A DNA stretch of 32,000 nt from Geobacter sulfurreducens PCA (GTDB lineage: Bacteria > Desulfobacterota > Desulfuromonadia > Geobacterales > Geobacteraceae), in assembly GCF_000007985.2 (NCBI RefSeq), contig NC_002939.5, positions 780,001 to 812,000 on the forward strand, given 5' to 3'. Under the pieces are notes generated by a model. It was not told where the DNA came from. It saw only the letters and a list, made by a program, of their open reading frames with translations, and made no database searches. Shown piece by piece: positions 16,197 through 25,790 of this stretch. Position numbers and translations under genes: made by a program. Position 1 is the first letter of the stretch; every line of letters begins with the position of its first letter.

Positions 16197-17543
16197 TTAG
16201 GGATCTTCCGGTGGACACGTCAGATCAGCAGCGGCCTGCATGCCGGCCGCCACTTCGGGAATGATGCCGAGCCGGGCGTAGATGGGCCGGACCAGGGGGC
16301 GGAGGTTACGCAGCTCCCGGCCGAAGAGCGCCCCGCCGAGCAGGCAGGCGGCACCCCCGATCAGCAGGGTGTTCTGGGCGCCGATCCGGTTGGCCACGGC
16401 CCCGGCCATCAGGCTGCCGATGGGGGTGGCTCCCATGAACGACATGGTGAAGAAACTCATCACCCGGCCCCGTTTGTCGTCGTCGACGATGGTCTGGAGG
16501 ATGGTGTTGCTGGAGGCAACCTGGGCCATAGCGCCGAAGCCGGCCAGGGCGAGGAACAGGGGCGAGAGGACCAGTGAGCTGGACAGGGCGAAACCGGCGA
16601 TGCCGAAGCCGAAGACGCAGGCGGCCACCGCGATCACCCGGCCGAGGCCGAGGACGCTCGTGCGGGAGGCGAGGTAGAGGGTGCTGCCGAAGGCGCCGAT
16701 CCCGACCGAGGCCATCAGGAAGCCGAAGGTGTGGGCCCCGCCGTGCAGGACCTCCTTGGCGAAGATCGGCATCAGCACCACGTAGGGCATCCCCATCAGG
16801 CTGACCAGGCCGAGGAGCATCAGGATGTAGCGGATCGGCTTGAAGTCGAAGGCGTAGCCGAATCCTTCGCGCAGTTCATGGAGGATATGCTTGCGGCCGG
16901 GCCGCTGCGGCACCGGCTTGAGCCGCATCGCCGCTATGGCGATGATCACCGCCAGGTAGCTGGCTGCATTGATCAGGAAACAGATCCCCTCGCCCAGGGT
17001 GGCGACCAGCACTCCGGCAATGGACGGGCCGATCAGCCGGGCACCGTTGACCATGGACGAGTTGAGGGCGATGGCGTTTCCCAGGTCTTCTTTTTTCTCC
17101 ACCAGCTCCACCACGAACGATTGGCGGATCGGGATGTCGAAGGCGTTGACCACCCCGAGCAGGGCGCTCAGCGCGACGATGAGCCAGACCGGGGTGGTCC
17201 CGGTCAGTACGAAGACCGCCAGCACCGCCGCCTGGACCATGGCCAGGGTCTGGGTGGCAAGGAGGAGCGGCCGGCGTTTCCAGCGGTCGGCCAGCACCCC
17301 GGCCACCGGCGCCAGGAGGAAGGTCGGGATCTGGCTGACGAAGCCGACCACCCCGAGCAACAGTGCCGAGCCGGTCAGCCGGTAGACGAGCCAGCTCATG
17401 GCAACCTGCTGCATCCAGGTGCCCACCAGCGACACGCTCTGTCCGGCGAAAAACAGCCGGTAATTCCGCGAATTCAGCGCCCGCAGCATCAGCCGTAGCC
17501 GCGTCCCGACCTTTTCCATCTGAGCACTGGCTCCCATCGCCAT
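16197..17543 (-). CDS. MFS transporter (EntS/DUF894-like efflux type)
   Basis: 448 aa with about 12 predicted TM helices and an N-terminus (RNYRLFFAGQSVSLVGTWMQQVAMSWLVY, LADRWKRRPLL) typical of the MFS_3 family. Confidence 0.85.
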   Translation of the reverse strand: MAMGASAQMEKVGTRLRLMLRALNSRNYRLFFAGQSVSLVGTWMQQVAMSWLVYRLTGSALLLGVVGFVSQIPTFLLAPVAGVLADRWKRRPLLLATQTLAMVQAAVLAVFVLTGTTPVWLIVALSALLGVVNAFDIPIRQSFVVELVEKKEDLGNAIALNSSMVNGARLIGPSIAGVLVATLGEGICFLINAASYLAVIIAIAAMRLKPVPQRPGRKHILHELREGFGYAFDFKPIRYILMLLGLVSLMGMPYVVLMPIFAKEVLHGGAHTFGFLMASVGIGAFGSTLYLASRTSVLGLGRVIAVAACVFGFGIAGFALSSSLVLSPLFLALAGFGAMAQVASSNTILQTIVDDDKRGRVMSFFTMSFMGATPIGSLMAGAVANRIGAQNTLLIGGAACLLGGALFGRELRNLRPLVRPIYARLGIIPEVAAGMQAAADLTCPPEDP

Positions 17544-17731
17544 CCCGCCCCTTTACCGGTCACTCCCGGCACCCGTACCCTTCTATGCTAGCAGCAGCAC
17601 GACCGCCTGTCACCATCCCGTTTCCACGACGGTACGGCGGGCGGGCTTCCTGAAACTGCCGGGGACGAAGATCGAGCCGTAGCGGCGCCGGGACTTCACG
17701 CCGCTTTCACCTCTGCCGAGATCAGCCGCGC

Positions 17732-17776
17732 AAAAAAAAACGCCGTCTGCCGAACATCGTGCAGGCGGCGTTTTTT
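17732..17776 (-). terminator. Rho-independent terminator (bidirectional architecture) ending the adhesin-lipoprotein operon
   Basis: A9-CGCCGTCTGC-N10-GCAGGCGGCG-T6: a 10-bp stem with one mismatch, flanked by A and T runs. It lies 35 nt downstream of the lipoprotein stop at 17811. Confidence 0.7.
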
Positions 17777-17810
17777 GTCTGGCGGCGGGCGCCCCTCTGG
17801 TTCCCGCCTC

Positions 17811-18356
17811 TTACCTCACGGCATCGAGGGTCACTGCGAGCTTGCCGGTCAGGTCCACCGTGCTGTTGGTGAGCGCATCGTAGCCCACCGCCCTGACCAG
17901 GGTTACCGGCGTGTTGAGGGCCCGCAGCCCGCTCAGGGTGATGCTTGTCCCCGTGTCCACGGTGCAGGCCAGCCGCAGGAATTCGCCCGAACGATAGCTG
18001 GAGCTGGTGGTGGCCATGGAGAGGTAGGCCTTCCGCGTGGAGGCCGAGTAGTTGCCGTAGGCCAGGTTGGTCCCGCTCAGGGCGCTGCCCGGCGTCAACG
18101 TGGAGTTGACGATCTGGCCCGTGCCGCCGGTGGTCGTGGTGACGCCCATGCCGGCCGGCAGGGCCAGGGTAAGCTCAATGCCGCTGACGGGGACCGAAAG
18201 CTGGGCCGTACTCATGGCAGTGAAGGCCAGGGTCGCCGTTCCGGCCGGGAAAACGTACTCGCTGCCGGCCGTGCCGGTGTCATTCTTGTCGTCGCCGCAG
18301 CCGGCCAGGGCGATTGCGGTCAGGATTATGCCAACCAGGTACCGTGTTCTCTTCAT
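17811..18356 (-). CDS. Lipoprotein of unknown function (possible cohesin-like beta-sandwich partner of the upstream dockerin-bearing protein)
   Basis: Lipobox: MKRTRYLVGIILTAIALAGC. An AAGGAGGA RBS lies 5 nt upstream, and the gene starts 34 nt after the giant gene's stop. The mature part is beta-strand-rich and Thr/Ser/Gly-rich. The cohesin assignment is inference only. Confidence 0.7.
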   Translation of the reverse strand: MKRTRYLVGIILTAIALAGCGDDKNDTGTAGSEYVFPAGTATLAFTAMSTAQLSVPVSGIELTLALPAGMGVTTTTGGTGQIVNSTLTPGSALSGTNLAYGNYSASTRKAYLSMATTSSSYRSGEFLRLACTVDTGTSITLSGLRALNTPVTLVRAVGYDALTNSTVDLTGKLAVTLDAVR

Positions 18357-18390
18357 GCTATCCTCCTTCGGTGGTGTGCCGTATCGCGTG

Positions 18391-21300
18391 TCAGTGAATC
18401 ATGCCCAGAGCCATTCGCAGGATGACGATGACGTCCGTGATGTCGATCCTGCCATCGCCCACGGAGGCGCCGTTGACCATCGGCGCCACGTCCAGCCGGG
18501 CGATCTGGCTGCTGTCCGGTCTGATGATGCCCACCGTCATCCGTAGTGCCTGAAGGGCGTCGACGATGGTGACCCCGGCGCCGGTGGTCCCGGTTGCCGA
18601 CGGCTGGGCGTAGATGATGTTGCGTTGCACGGTCAGGGTGTTGCTGTTCTGGTCGACCCCGGTGACCGCCACCTGGTAGACCTTGGCCTCGCTGAAGGTG
18701 AGCTGCTGCCGGAAGGCGCCATTGACTACCGTCGGGGTGTAGACCCGGCCGTCCATGGCGACGGTGACGGCAACCGGGCTGGTGTTGTCGGCCACCTCTC
18801 CGGTCAGGGTATAGGTGCCGAGCGCGGTGCGGATGTCTGCGGCCGGGTCGGTGACGGCCAGGGAGAATACCGTGGCGCGGGTGACGGTCCGCTTGGTCTC
18901 GACCGTCTGTCCGGCGGCATTGGAGGCGGTGATCAGGATGGTGTTCATGCCCTCCTGCAGGTTGGTGGTGAAGGAGTAGTCCACGCCGGAGAGCGCGGCG
19001 ACCTGGGGCGCCGAACCGTTGACCGACCAGCTGACGACCGTGGTCGGGTCGAGGGGGGTGACGGAGCCGCTCACGGTGATATGTTGCTGCCAGATAACGG
19101 CGTTGTCGTCGGGGGAGGCGACCGTCAGTCTAGGTGCCGAGGCATCGAGGTTGATGGTCCTGGTGACTGCGCTGCTGATGCCGGCGTTGTTGGTGACCAC
19201 GATCCTGATCGAGTTGGCCATGGCAACCAGTTGCACCGGATAGCTGAAGCTGCCGTCGGGATTGACGCTGACATCTTCGTCATTGACCGTGACCGAGCGG
19301 ATGCCGGCCGGATCGGTGGCTATGCCGCAGATATTCTGGGTGGTATCGGTGGTCACGGCGTTGTCGGACAGGATCGAAAGAGCCATCATCGGCGGGGTGG
19401 TGCCGTAGACCACGGTGATGCCCTGGATGGCCTGGGGCGCCGCGTTGTAGTCGGCGTTGCCCGGCTGGCTGGCGGTGATGGAGCAGGTACCGAGAGCCTT
19501 GCCGGTGACGGTGGAGCCTGCTACCGAGCAGACCGTCGGGGTGGCGGAGGCGAAGGTTACGGCCAGGCCAGAGGTGGCGGTGGCGCTGAGCGTTGCGGTG
19601 CCGCCGACCGTGAGGGACGGCGCGGCACCGAAGGAGACGGTCTGGCTTCCCTTGCCGACGGCAAAGGTCTGAGTGATTTGGGGCGCCGCGTTGTAGTTGG
19701 CGTTGCCCGCCTGGTTGGCGGCGATGGTGCAGCTGCCGGCGGTGAGGCCGGTGACGGTCGTGCCGCTGACCGAGCAGACCGCCGGGGTGGTGGAGCTGAA
19801 GGCCACGGTCAGGCCGGAGGTGGCACTGGCGCTGACCGTGCCGCTGCCGTTAACCACGACCGTAGGCGCGGCGCCGAAGGCGACGGTCTGGCCGGCTTGG
19901 CCGACGGTGATGGTCCGCTGGACGTCGGGGGCAGCGTTGTAGTTGGCATTTCCCGCCTGGGAGGCGGTGACGACAATGCTGCCGGTGCCGGTGATGGTCA
20001 GGGTGGTGCCGGCGAGGCTGCCCGGGCCGCTGGCGACGGTGAACGTGACCGGATTGCCCGAGGCCCCCCCGGTGGCGGAGAGGGTAATGGGCGCATCACC
20101 GAAGGTGGCAGTGGCGGGGGGATTGAAGGAAATGGCCTGGTCGCCCTTGATGTTGGTCAGCGGGAAACCGGCGCTAAGACTGTCGACCGTGGCGGTTACC
20201 GAGTAGGAACCGACGGTGCCGTTAGCCGTGGCAGTGAAGGAGGCGATTCCCGCGGAGTCGGTCGTGGCCGGGCCGCCGGCCGCAATGCCGGCGCCGGAAC
20301 CCGGGCCGGCAAAAGCGACGTTGATCCCGTCAAGGACCGCGCCGAGGGAGTCGGTAACCTTGAGCCGCAATGGCGCGGCAAAGGCGGCGTTGACCGCGGC
20401 TGACTGGCCGGCTCCGCCCTCAACGGCAACGGCGTCCGGCACTCCCCGCTCAAAGGCACCCATGTCGCAGGTGGCATCCTGGGGCCGGCTCATGCCGCGC
20501 TGGTCGGCAGCCGGGCCGGTGCTGCAATCGCCGGCATCAATGGCCGGACTCCCGGACAGAAGCGCCATGGTCCGGGTGACACCGCCATTGTCGGCCAACG
20601 GGGCGAGCAGCGGGTCAGCGGTCATGATGTTGCTGCCACCCGGATATCCGCCCTGCACCACAGTGTCCGAGACGGTGGGGGTGCTGGCATTGTCGGAGAT
20701 TTCGCCGTTGCTGTTGCCCCAGAAAATACTGTTGCGAACAACCGGACTATTGTTGGCGTTGTACATCCCGCCGCCCGAGGTGCCGGCGGAATTGCCGCTG
20801 AAGGTGCAGTTCTTCACTGACGGGTTCCCGTGGGTATTGTACATCCCGCCACCCGAAATATTCGCTGCATTGCCGCTGAAGGTGCAGTTGGTCAGCGTCG
20901 GATTGCTGAGGGCGCCGTTTACCATCCCGCCACCATAGCCGTAGGAGAGATTGTTGCTGAAGGTGCAGTTGGTCAGCACCGGGTTGGCGTCGGTATTGTA
21001 CATCCCGCCCCCGTAGGAGCTGGCGGTGTTGCCGCTGAATGAACAGTTGGTGACGGTCGGGCTGGAGCCGAGATTGAACATCGCGCCGCCCAGGCTGGCA
21101 TAGTTTCCGGTGAAGATGCAGTTGGCGACGGCCGGGCTGTTGATGTAGTCGTTGTACATTCCGCCACCGTAGCCGTCCTGCAAATTCCCGCTGGCGTTGC
21201 CGCCGCTGATGGTAAAGCCGTCCAGGGTAGCGCTGTCCGCGCCGGTGACCACATGGTAGGAGTTGTCGCCGGCGGTGCCCTGGGCGCCCAGGTCACCGCT

Positions 21301-24300
21301 CAGGATCGTTACGTTGGCCCTGAAATTACGTTCTGCACGGGCGGTTTCCGTTCCGGCAAAGCCGCCATACAGCGCCACCCCCGATACGAGTTGGAAGGTA
21401 GCGCTGCGGTCGGTGCCGGCGGTTGGCGTATAGGTGCCGGCCGCCGCCCAGATATCCTGCCCGTTCACCGCGTTGGCCAGGGCGTAGCGCAGTTCGCAGG
21501 CGTTTGCCCAGCTTTCGCAGAAGCCGCTCTCCCGGCCGCCCGGCACCGCGTACAGCACCGGGTAGACCCCCACTGTTGCCGGTGCGCCATGGACGGCCGA
21601 CACATTCCCCGCAGCGTCCTTGACCCAGGGATAGAGGGTGTAGGTACCGACCGTGGCGACGGCATAGGTTGTCGGCGCGAGAGCGGACCAGCCCGGATCT
21701 CCGGCCGGCGGAGGGGTGTCGGAGGTGGTGATCAGGTAGCCGGCGACCCCGGAGCCGCTGCCGTCGGCAGCGGTAAACGATGCGATTGGCACGGTGAGAC
21801 CGGCGGCACGGGCGGCAACGGTGAAAGCGGTGACAGCCGGTGCCTCGGCATCCACCAACACGCCGGCCGTGGCGCCGACGCCATTGAGGGTCAGGTTGGC
21901 GCCATTGCCGGCGACATCGATGATCGTGCTGCCGTTCAAGGCCAGGCCGCCGACGGTGATGCCATCGCTGTCGAGATCGCCGCTTTGCACCGGGTAGCGG
22001 TAGGTGATGGCGGTGGCGGTCTTCGCCAGGTAGGTGGCCGTCCGCGCGGCAGCGCCGACGGTCAGCCCGAGGGTGGAGTCGGTGCCGGTGACCGTGACGT
22101 TCTCACTGAAGCTGACAGTGAAGTCCAGATTCTGGCCGGCGGTGTAGGTGCCGTTGCCGGGGACGGTGACCGAACTGACCGTGGGTATGGTGGTATCGAC
22201 CAGGACGCCGGTTGTCGAGGCGACGCTGTTGAGGGTCAGGGTGGCATCGACGCCGCTGCTGTTCCGGATCGAGCCGCCGTTGAGGGTGAGGGCACCGATG
22301 GTGATGCCGTCGGTGTCGTTTTTCCCTGCCGTGACAACATAGCGGAACAGGCTGGTGGTGGCGGTGGGGCTGCTGGCGTAATCGGCGTAGACGGTGGTGC
22401 CCCCGATTGTCAGGGCAATGCGCGGCGTGCCGGTGATGGTGGCGGTGCTGTCCCAGGTGACGGTGAAGTCGAGGCTGCTGCCGGTGCCGTAGCTGCCGTT
22501 TGCCGGCACGGCGACGCTGATCACCGCCGGTCCAGGGGTTGGGGTAACGCTGTTGGAGGCGGCGGAGGCGGAACTCGTCCCGGCGCTGTTGGTGGCGGTG
22601 ACGGTGAAGGTGTAGGCGGTGCCGTTGGTCAGACCGGTGATGAGGCAGGGCGAGGCGGCGCAGGTACCGGTGATGCTGCCGGGGGTGGAGGTGACCGTAT
22701 AGCCGGTGATGGCGGCGCCGCCGGTGCTGGCCGGGGCGGTGAAGGAGACCGTGGCTTGGCCGTCGTCGGGGGATGCGGTGACGCTGGTCGGCGCGCCCGG
22801 CACCACGGCGTTCACGGCGAATGATTGGCTGACCGTCGTCGCTGCCAGATAGGAGCTGTCGCCCGCCTGATCGGCATTGATGGTGCAGATGCCGGCAGTG
22901 ACAAAGCTGAGCGCTCCCCCACTGGTGATGGTGCAGACTTCGGTGGTCGCGGATGTGAAGCTGACCGTCAGCCCGGAGGTGGCGGTGGCGGTCAGGGTCG
23001 GGGTGGTGCCGAAGTTCTTGGCGCCGGGATTGGCGAAGGCGATGGTCTGGGCGGCCTTGGGGGTGACGCTGTTGGAGGCGGCGGAGGCGGAACCCGTCCC
23101 GGCGCTGTTGGTGGCGGTGACGGTGAAGGTGTAGGCGGTGCCGTTGGTCAGCCCCGTTACCGTACAGGGTGAGCCGACACAGGTGCCGGTGAGGCCGCCG
23201 GGATTGCTGGTCGCCGTGTAGCCGGTGATGGTGGCGCCGCCGGTGCTGGCCGGGGCGGTGAACGTCACGGAGGCCTGGGCGTTGCCGGCGGTGGCGCTGC
23301 CGATGGTCGGCGCGCCCGGCGCCACGGCGTTCACGGCGAACGACCGGGAGACCGTCGGGGCGGGGGCGTACACGCTGTTCCCCGCCTGGTTGGCCTCGAT
23401 GGTACAAGTGCCGGTGGCGACAAACGTGAGCGCTCCCTCGCTGGTGATGGTGCAGAGCCCGACGGTCGCAGAGCTGAAGCTGACTGCCAGGTTGGAGGTT
23501 GCGGTGGCGGTCAGGGTCGGGGTGGTGCCGAAGTTCTGGCCGCCGGGATTGGTGAAGGTGATGGTCTGGGCGGCCTTGGGGGTAGCGCTGTTGGAGGCCG
23601 CCGAGGCGCTGCCGGTGCCGGCGCTGTTGGTGGCGGCGACCGTGAAGGTGTAGGCGGTGCCGTTGGTCAGGCCGGTGACGGTGCAGGGCGAGGAGGCGCA
23701 GGTGCCGGTCGCGCCGCCGGGGCTGGCCGTGGCCGTGTAGCCGGTGATGGCGGCGCCGCCGGTGCTGGCCGGGGCGGTGAAGGCGACCGAGACCTGCGTG
23801 TCGCCGGCCGTAGCGGCGCCGATGGTCGGCGCGCCGGGGGCCACGGCATTGATGGTTACCGTGATCGTCCGGGTAGCCGTGTCGGTGCCGTCGCTGACCC
23901 TGACGGCAAAACTGTCGCTTCCGGCGTAATTGGCAGCGGGCGTGTAGGTGATGGTGCCGCCGGGGGTGATGTCGGCGGAGCCGGACGACGCCGTTGCCCC
24001 TGCGAAGCTGAGGGAGCCATGGCTCGGCGCCGTGTTTTGGGACCAGGTCAGGGTCTGGCTGCCGTCGCTGTCGCTGACGTGCAGCAGGCCCTTGATATCC
24101 GCGGCGCCGGAGTTGGCGTTAACGGTCAGCGCCGTGGTCGCACCGACGAAGGTCGGGGCAGCGTTGGTGACCACCGTTGAATTGTTGGTCACGGCCAGGT
24201 TTGAGAAGGAAGCCACCTGGTTCCAGGCAGCGTCGACGAGGCCCATGTTGCTGTCGTCGAAGCCCACCTTCACGGTCTGGCCGATGCCGACCGGCGTTGC

Positions 24301-24969
24301 CAGGGTCAGGGTCACGGACGCGCCGCTGAAGCTCAGGCCGCTGACAGCAACCGGCGTGGAATTGACCGTGACGGTGAAGTCGGTGGTGGAAGCCCACCCG
24401 TCGCTGGCCTCGATGCTCTCGTCAAAGGTGATGGTGACCGTGGTGCCCGCGGCATTGGTGGCGGCGCTCTGGGGGGTAGGCGGCGTGGTGTCGGGCACGG
24501 TGCAGGTGATGAGCACGTCGAAGGAGCCGCCGTCGGTCATGTAGGCCGACGAGGTGGAGAAGTTCACGTTGCTCGTGCATGATGAGGCACTCATGTAGGA
24601 ATTGTCGTTGAACCCCATGGTGAAGTAGCCGGGGGTCGTCCCCAGGTTCACCGCCAGGTTGGTGACGTTGCCGGTGATGTCCTGCCAGGCCACGGCGGCA
24701 TCATAGTTATTCCCCGCATTGGGGATGGACGCCCGCATGAAGGTGATATGGCCCGGGGGCGTGTTCTGCGAGGCGAACTCCGGGTAGGTGGTCATGGTGA
24801 TCCGGGCCGTGATGGCCGCCTGGGCGACGCCGCCAAGGATGACCATGAGCGCAAGGATCACCCCCAGCACTATCCCGAGGGTGCCCAGGGGACGGCAGCG
24901 GCCCGGAAACCGGCTGATTGGTCGCTGGAGCGGAGTGAATACGGTCGCCGAACGGGTTTGATTGTGCAC
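18391..24969 (-). CDS. Giant multidomain secreted adhesin-like protein (about 2190 aa) with a C-terminal dockerin-like module
   Basis: The start was set at the GTG at 24969, 5 nt after AAGGAGGAA, and is followed by a signal/TM segment. Domains recognised by eye, in order: SwmB-type repeat; cadherin-like/VCBS; three FN3 alternating with about 85-aa Ig-like modules; two further Ig-like modules; a right-handed beta-helix with GGGMYN Pmp / choice-of-anchor-Q-type repeats (about 20700..21250) plus [12 protein letters not shown]...CDMGAFE; three more Ig-like repeats; and a dockerin-like end, [31 protein letters not shown] (18394..18570). Confidence 0.9.
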   Translation of the reverse strand: MHNQTRSATVFTPLQRPISRFPGRCRPLGTLGIVLGVILALMVILGGVAQAAITARITMTTYPEFASQNTPPGHITFMRASIPNAGNNYDAAVAWQDITGNVTNLAVNLGTTPGYFTMGFNDNSYMSASSCTSNVNFSTSSAYMTDGGSFDVLITCTVPDTTPPTPQSAATNAAGTTVTITFDESIEASDGWASTTDFTVTVNSTPVAVSGLSFSGASVTLTLATPVGIGQTVKVGFDDSNMGLVDAAWNQVASFSNLAVTNNSTVVTNAAPTFVGATTALTVNANSGAADIKGLLHVSDSDGSQTLTWSQNTAPSHGSLSFAGATASSGSADITPGGTITYTPAANYAGSDSFAVRVSDGTDTATRTITVTINAVAPGAPTIGAATAGDTQVSVAFTAPASTGGAAITGYTATASPGGATGTCASSPCTVTGLTNGTAYTFTVAATNSAGTGSASAASNSATPKAAQTITFTNPGGQNFGTTPTLTATATSNLAVSFSSATVGLCTITSEGALTFVATGTCTIEANQAGNSVYAPAPTVSRSFAVNAVAPGAPTIGSATAGNAQASVTFTAPASTGGATITGYTATSNPGGLTGTCVGSPCTVTGLTNGTAYTFTVTATNSAGTGSASAASNSVTPKAAQTIAFANPGAKNFGTTPTLTATATSGLTVSFTSATTEVCTITSGGALSFVTAGICTINADQAGDSSYLAATTVSQSFAVNAVVPGAPTSVTASPDDGQATVSFTAPASTGGAAITGYTVTSTPGSITGTCAASPCLITGLTNGTAYTFTVTATNSAGTSSASAASNSVTPTPGPAVISVAVPANGSYGTGSSLDFTVTWDSTATITGTPRIALTIGGTTVYADYASSPTATTSLFRYVVTAGKNDTDGITIGALTLNGGSIRNSSGVDATLTLNSVASTTGVLVDTTIPTVSSVTVPGNGTYTAGQNLDFTVSFSENVTVTGTDSTLGLTVGAAARTATYLAKTATAITYRYPVQSGDLDSDGITVGGLALNGSTIIDVAGNGANLTLNGVGATAGVLVDAEAPAVTAFTVAARAAGLTVPIASFTAADGSGSGVAGYLITTSDTPPPAGDPGWSALAPTTYAVATVGTYTLYPWVKDAAGNVSAVHGAPATVGVYPVLYAVPGGRESGFCESWANACELRYALANAVNGQDIWAAAGTYTPTAGTDRSATFQLVSGVALYGGFAGTETARAERNFRANVTILSGDLGAQGTAGDNSYHVVTGADSATLDGFTISGGNASGNLQDGYGGGMYNDYINSPAVANCIFTGNYASLGGAMFNLGSSPTVTNCSFSGNTASSYGGGMYNTDANPVLTNCTFSNNLSYGYGGGMVNGALSNPTLTNCTFSGNAANISGGGMYNTHGNPSVKNCTFSGNSAGTSGGGMYNANNSPVVRNSIFWGNSNGEISDNASTPTVSDTVVQGGYPGGSNIMTADPLLAPLADNGGVTRTMALLSGSPAIDAGDCSTGPAADQRGMSRPQDATCDMGAFERGVPDAVAVEGGAGQSAAVNAAFAAPLRLKVTDSLGAVLDGINVAFAGPGSGAGIAAGGPATTDSAGIASFTATANGTVGSYSVTATVDSLSAGFPLTNIKGDQAISFNPPATATFGDAPITLSATGGASGNPVTFTVASGPGSLAGTTLTITGTGSIVVTASQAGNANYNAAPDVQRTITVGQAGQTVAFGAAPTVVVNGSGTVSASATSGLTVAFSSTTPAVCSVSGTTVTGLTAGSCTIAANQAGNANYNAAPQITQTFAVGKGSQTVSFGAAPSLTVGGTATLSATATSGLAVTFASATPTVCSVAGSTVTGKALGTCSITASQPGNADYNAAPQAIQGITVVYGTTPPMMALSILSDNAVTTDTTQNICGIATDPAGIRSVTVNDEDVSVNPDGSFSYPVQLVAMANSIRIVVTNNAGISSAVTRTINLDASAPRLTVASPDDNAVIWQQHITVSGSVTPLDPTTVVSWSVNGSAPQVAALSGVDYSFTTNLQEGMNTILITASNAAGQTVETKRTVTRATVFSLAVTDPAADIRTALGTYTLTGEVADNTSPVAVTVAMDGRVYTPTVVNGAFRQQLTFSEAKVYQVAVTGVDQNSNTLTVQRNIIYAQPSATGTTGAGVTIVDALQALRMTVGIIRPDSSQIARLDVAPMVNGASVGDGRIDITDVIVILRMALGMIH
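19420..20160 (-). repeat. Three tandem in-frame 246-bp repeats (82-aa Ig-like modules) inside the giant CDS
   Basis: The anchor GTTGTAG recurs at 19444, 19690 and 19936, exactly 246 bp apart. The translated units end in [10 protein letters not shown] / [10 protein letters not shown]. Confidence 0.7.
22530..23841 (-). repeat. About 2.5 tandem in-frame 519-bp repeats (FN3 plus Ig-like module) inside the giant CDS
   Basis: The anchor G[AC]TGGTCGGCGCGCC recurs at 23821, 23302 and 22783, exactly 519 bp apart. Copies 2 and 3 share identical runs longer than 50 bp (GCGCTGTTGGTGGCGGTGACGGTGAAGGTGTAGGCGGTGCCGTTGGTCAG). Confidence 0.8.
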
Positions 24970-25502
24970 GATGCTTCCTCCTTGAATAACGGTGCCTCGC
25001 GGCACATGCCTTCATCAATTCATGGGTGGTTTACGGTGACAAAATTGGGTGATTTGTATGCAAAGCGTTGGAATATTGACTCGTCGCCAGACTGGCATGA
25101 TTCGGCTAATTAATGCATATCTTATTTTGTATGGCTAATAAATTTTGTCTGTAAAAGGCCGGGGCTGGCGGGTTGGCCCTGAAATGCGCAGTTGGCGGAG
25201 GAAGAATCTCATTACAGCAAACCGATGCATTAGGCCTGTCCGGCATCCGTTTATTGCATACCCCTTGCCGAAAATTGAGAGATGGTGAATGGGTGTCACG
25301 ACACAACGGACTGTCAGTCGCAGTTGATCTGTCGGCAGCGTTTCAGGCACTGGCTGCAGAGAGCTGTGCCCGTGTGTTCAACGAGGCCACACCCGGCAGT
25401 GCCAAGCCCATCGACTGCATCAATGACATCATGGGAACCTACCCCCGCATCGGCCAGAAGCGGACAATCAGGCACCATCGGGGTGTTCCATTTGATGCTG
25501 CA

Positions 25503-25538
25503 AAGAAGCCCTGCCGGGATATCGGCAGGGCTTCTTTT
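25503..25538 (+). terminator. Orphan rho-independent terminator-like hairpin in the AT-rich intergenic region
   Basis: Perfect 14-bp stem AAGAAGCCCTGCCG-GGATAT-CGGCAGGGCTTCTT followed by TTGG. No annotated plus-strand gene lies upstream of it. Confidence 0.55.
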
Positions 25539-25693
25539 GGAGTGAGATGGCGTGATAATTCAATGAATATGGATAAGTTGTTGAAAGCATTTGCAGCATA
25601 AAATAGTTTTCATACATAGTCTGATTCCGGACGAAAAAAAAGAAAAAATTACTAAAGAAATATACATCTCTCTCGATAAGTATCAGGGAATAA

Positions 25694-25728
25694 CTGAGGC
25701 GTATCAGGAAAGTCCTGATACGCCTCAG
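25694..25728. promoter_or_regulatory. Perfect 15-bp inverted repeat, 63 nt upstream of the second MCP start
   Basis: CTGAGGCGTATCAGG-AAAGT-CCTGATACGCCTCAG. A further TATCAGG half-site lies at 25681 and a CCGATAC at 25736. No U-run follows on either strand, so an operator or 5'-UTR structure is more likely than a terminator. Confidence 0.5.
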
Positions 25729-25790
25729 GGAAGCGCCGATACATTGATCGGTCGGTGACCACACACGATCCAGTTCGGGAGGAAGCAATT

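Noticed and set aside
18625-23407. Several long alternate-frame or antisense ORFs inside the giant adhesin gene (for example 18625..20403 +, 21253..22824 +, 22103..23407 -)
   Set aside because: All have Gly/Arg/Asp or Arg/His/Pro low-complexity translations. The minus-strand frame called here gives recognisable FN3, Ig-like, beta-helix and dockerin-like domains throughout.
19420-23841. Regularly spaced DNA repeats considered as a possible CRISPR array
   Set aside because: The periods are 246 and 519 bp and the repeats are contiguous, with no short repeat/unique-spacer structure. They are in frame and encode protein domains. No cas genes are present in the window.
25076-25103. TTGACT ... TGGCATGATTCGGCT considered as a sigma70 or sigma54 promoter
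   Set aside because: No acceptable -10 lies at 16 to 18 nt from TTGACT. The sigma54 -12 element TTGC is absent at the required spacing from TGGCAT.
25173-25601. 142-aa and 87-aa plus-strand ORFs in the AT-rich intergenic region
   Set aside because: They have no RBS at either start, the strong hairpin lies inside both frames, and no family was recognised. Part of one frame is kept as a possible gene remnant in the findings rather than called as a CDS.
25708-25742. Sigma28 promoter for the second MCP (GAAAGTCC ... GCCGATAC)
   Set aside because: The -10-like GCCGATAC is a 7 of 8 match. The nearest TAAA-like element is 19 nt away instead of 11 to 12 and matches poorly, so it is not called.
24970-25790. 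c-di-GMP (GEMM-I) or other riboswitch in the long leaders of the adhesin and MCP genes
   Set aside because: Only isolated fragments resembling conserved pieces were found (ACAGCAAACC, TGCAAAGCG). They are in the wrong order and orientation, and the GACGCAAAGCC-type core and paired stems are missing. I cannot run cmscan, so this stays unsupported.
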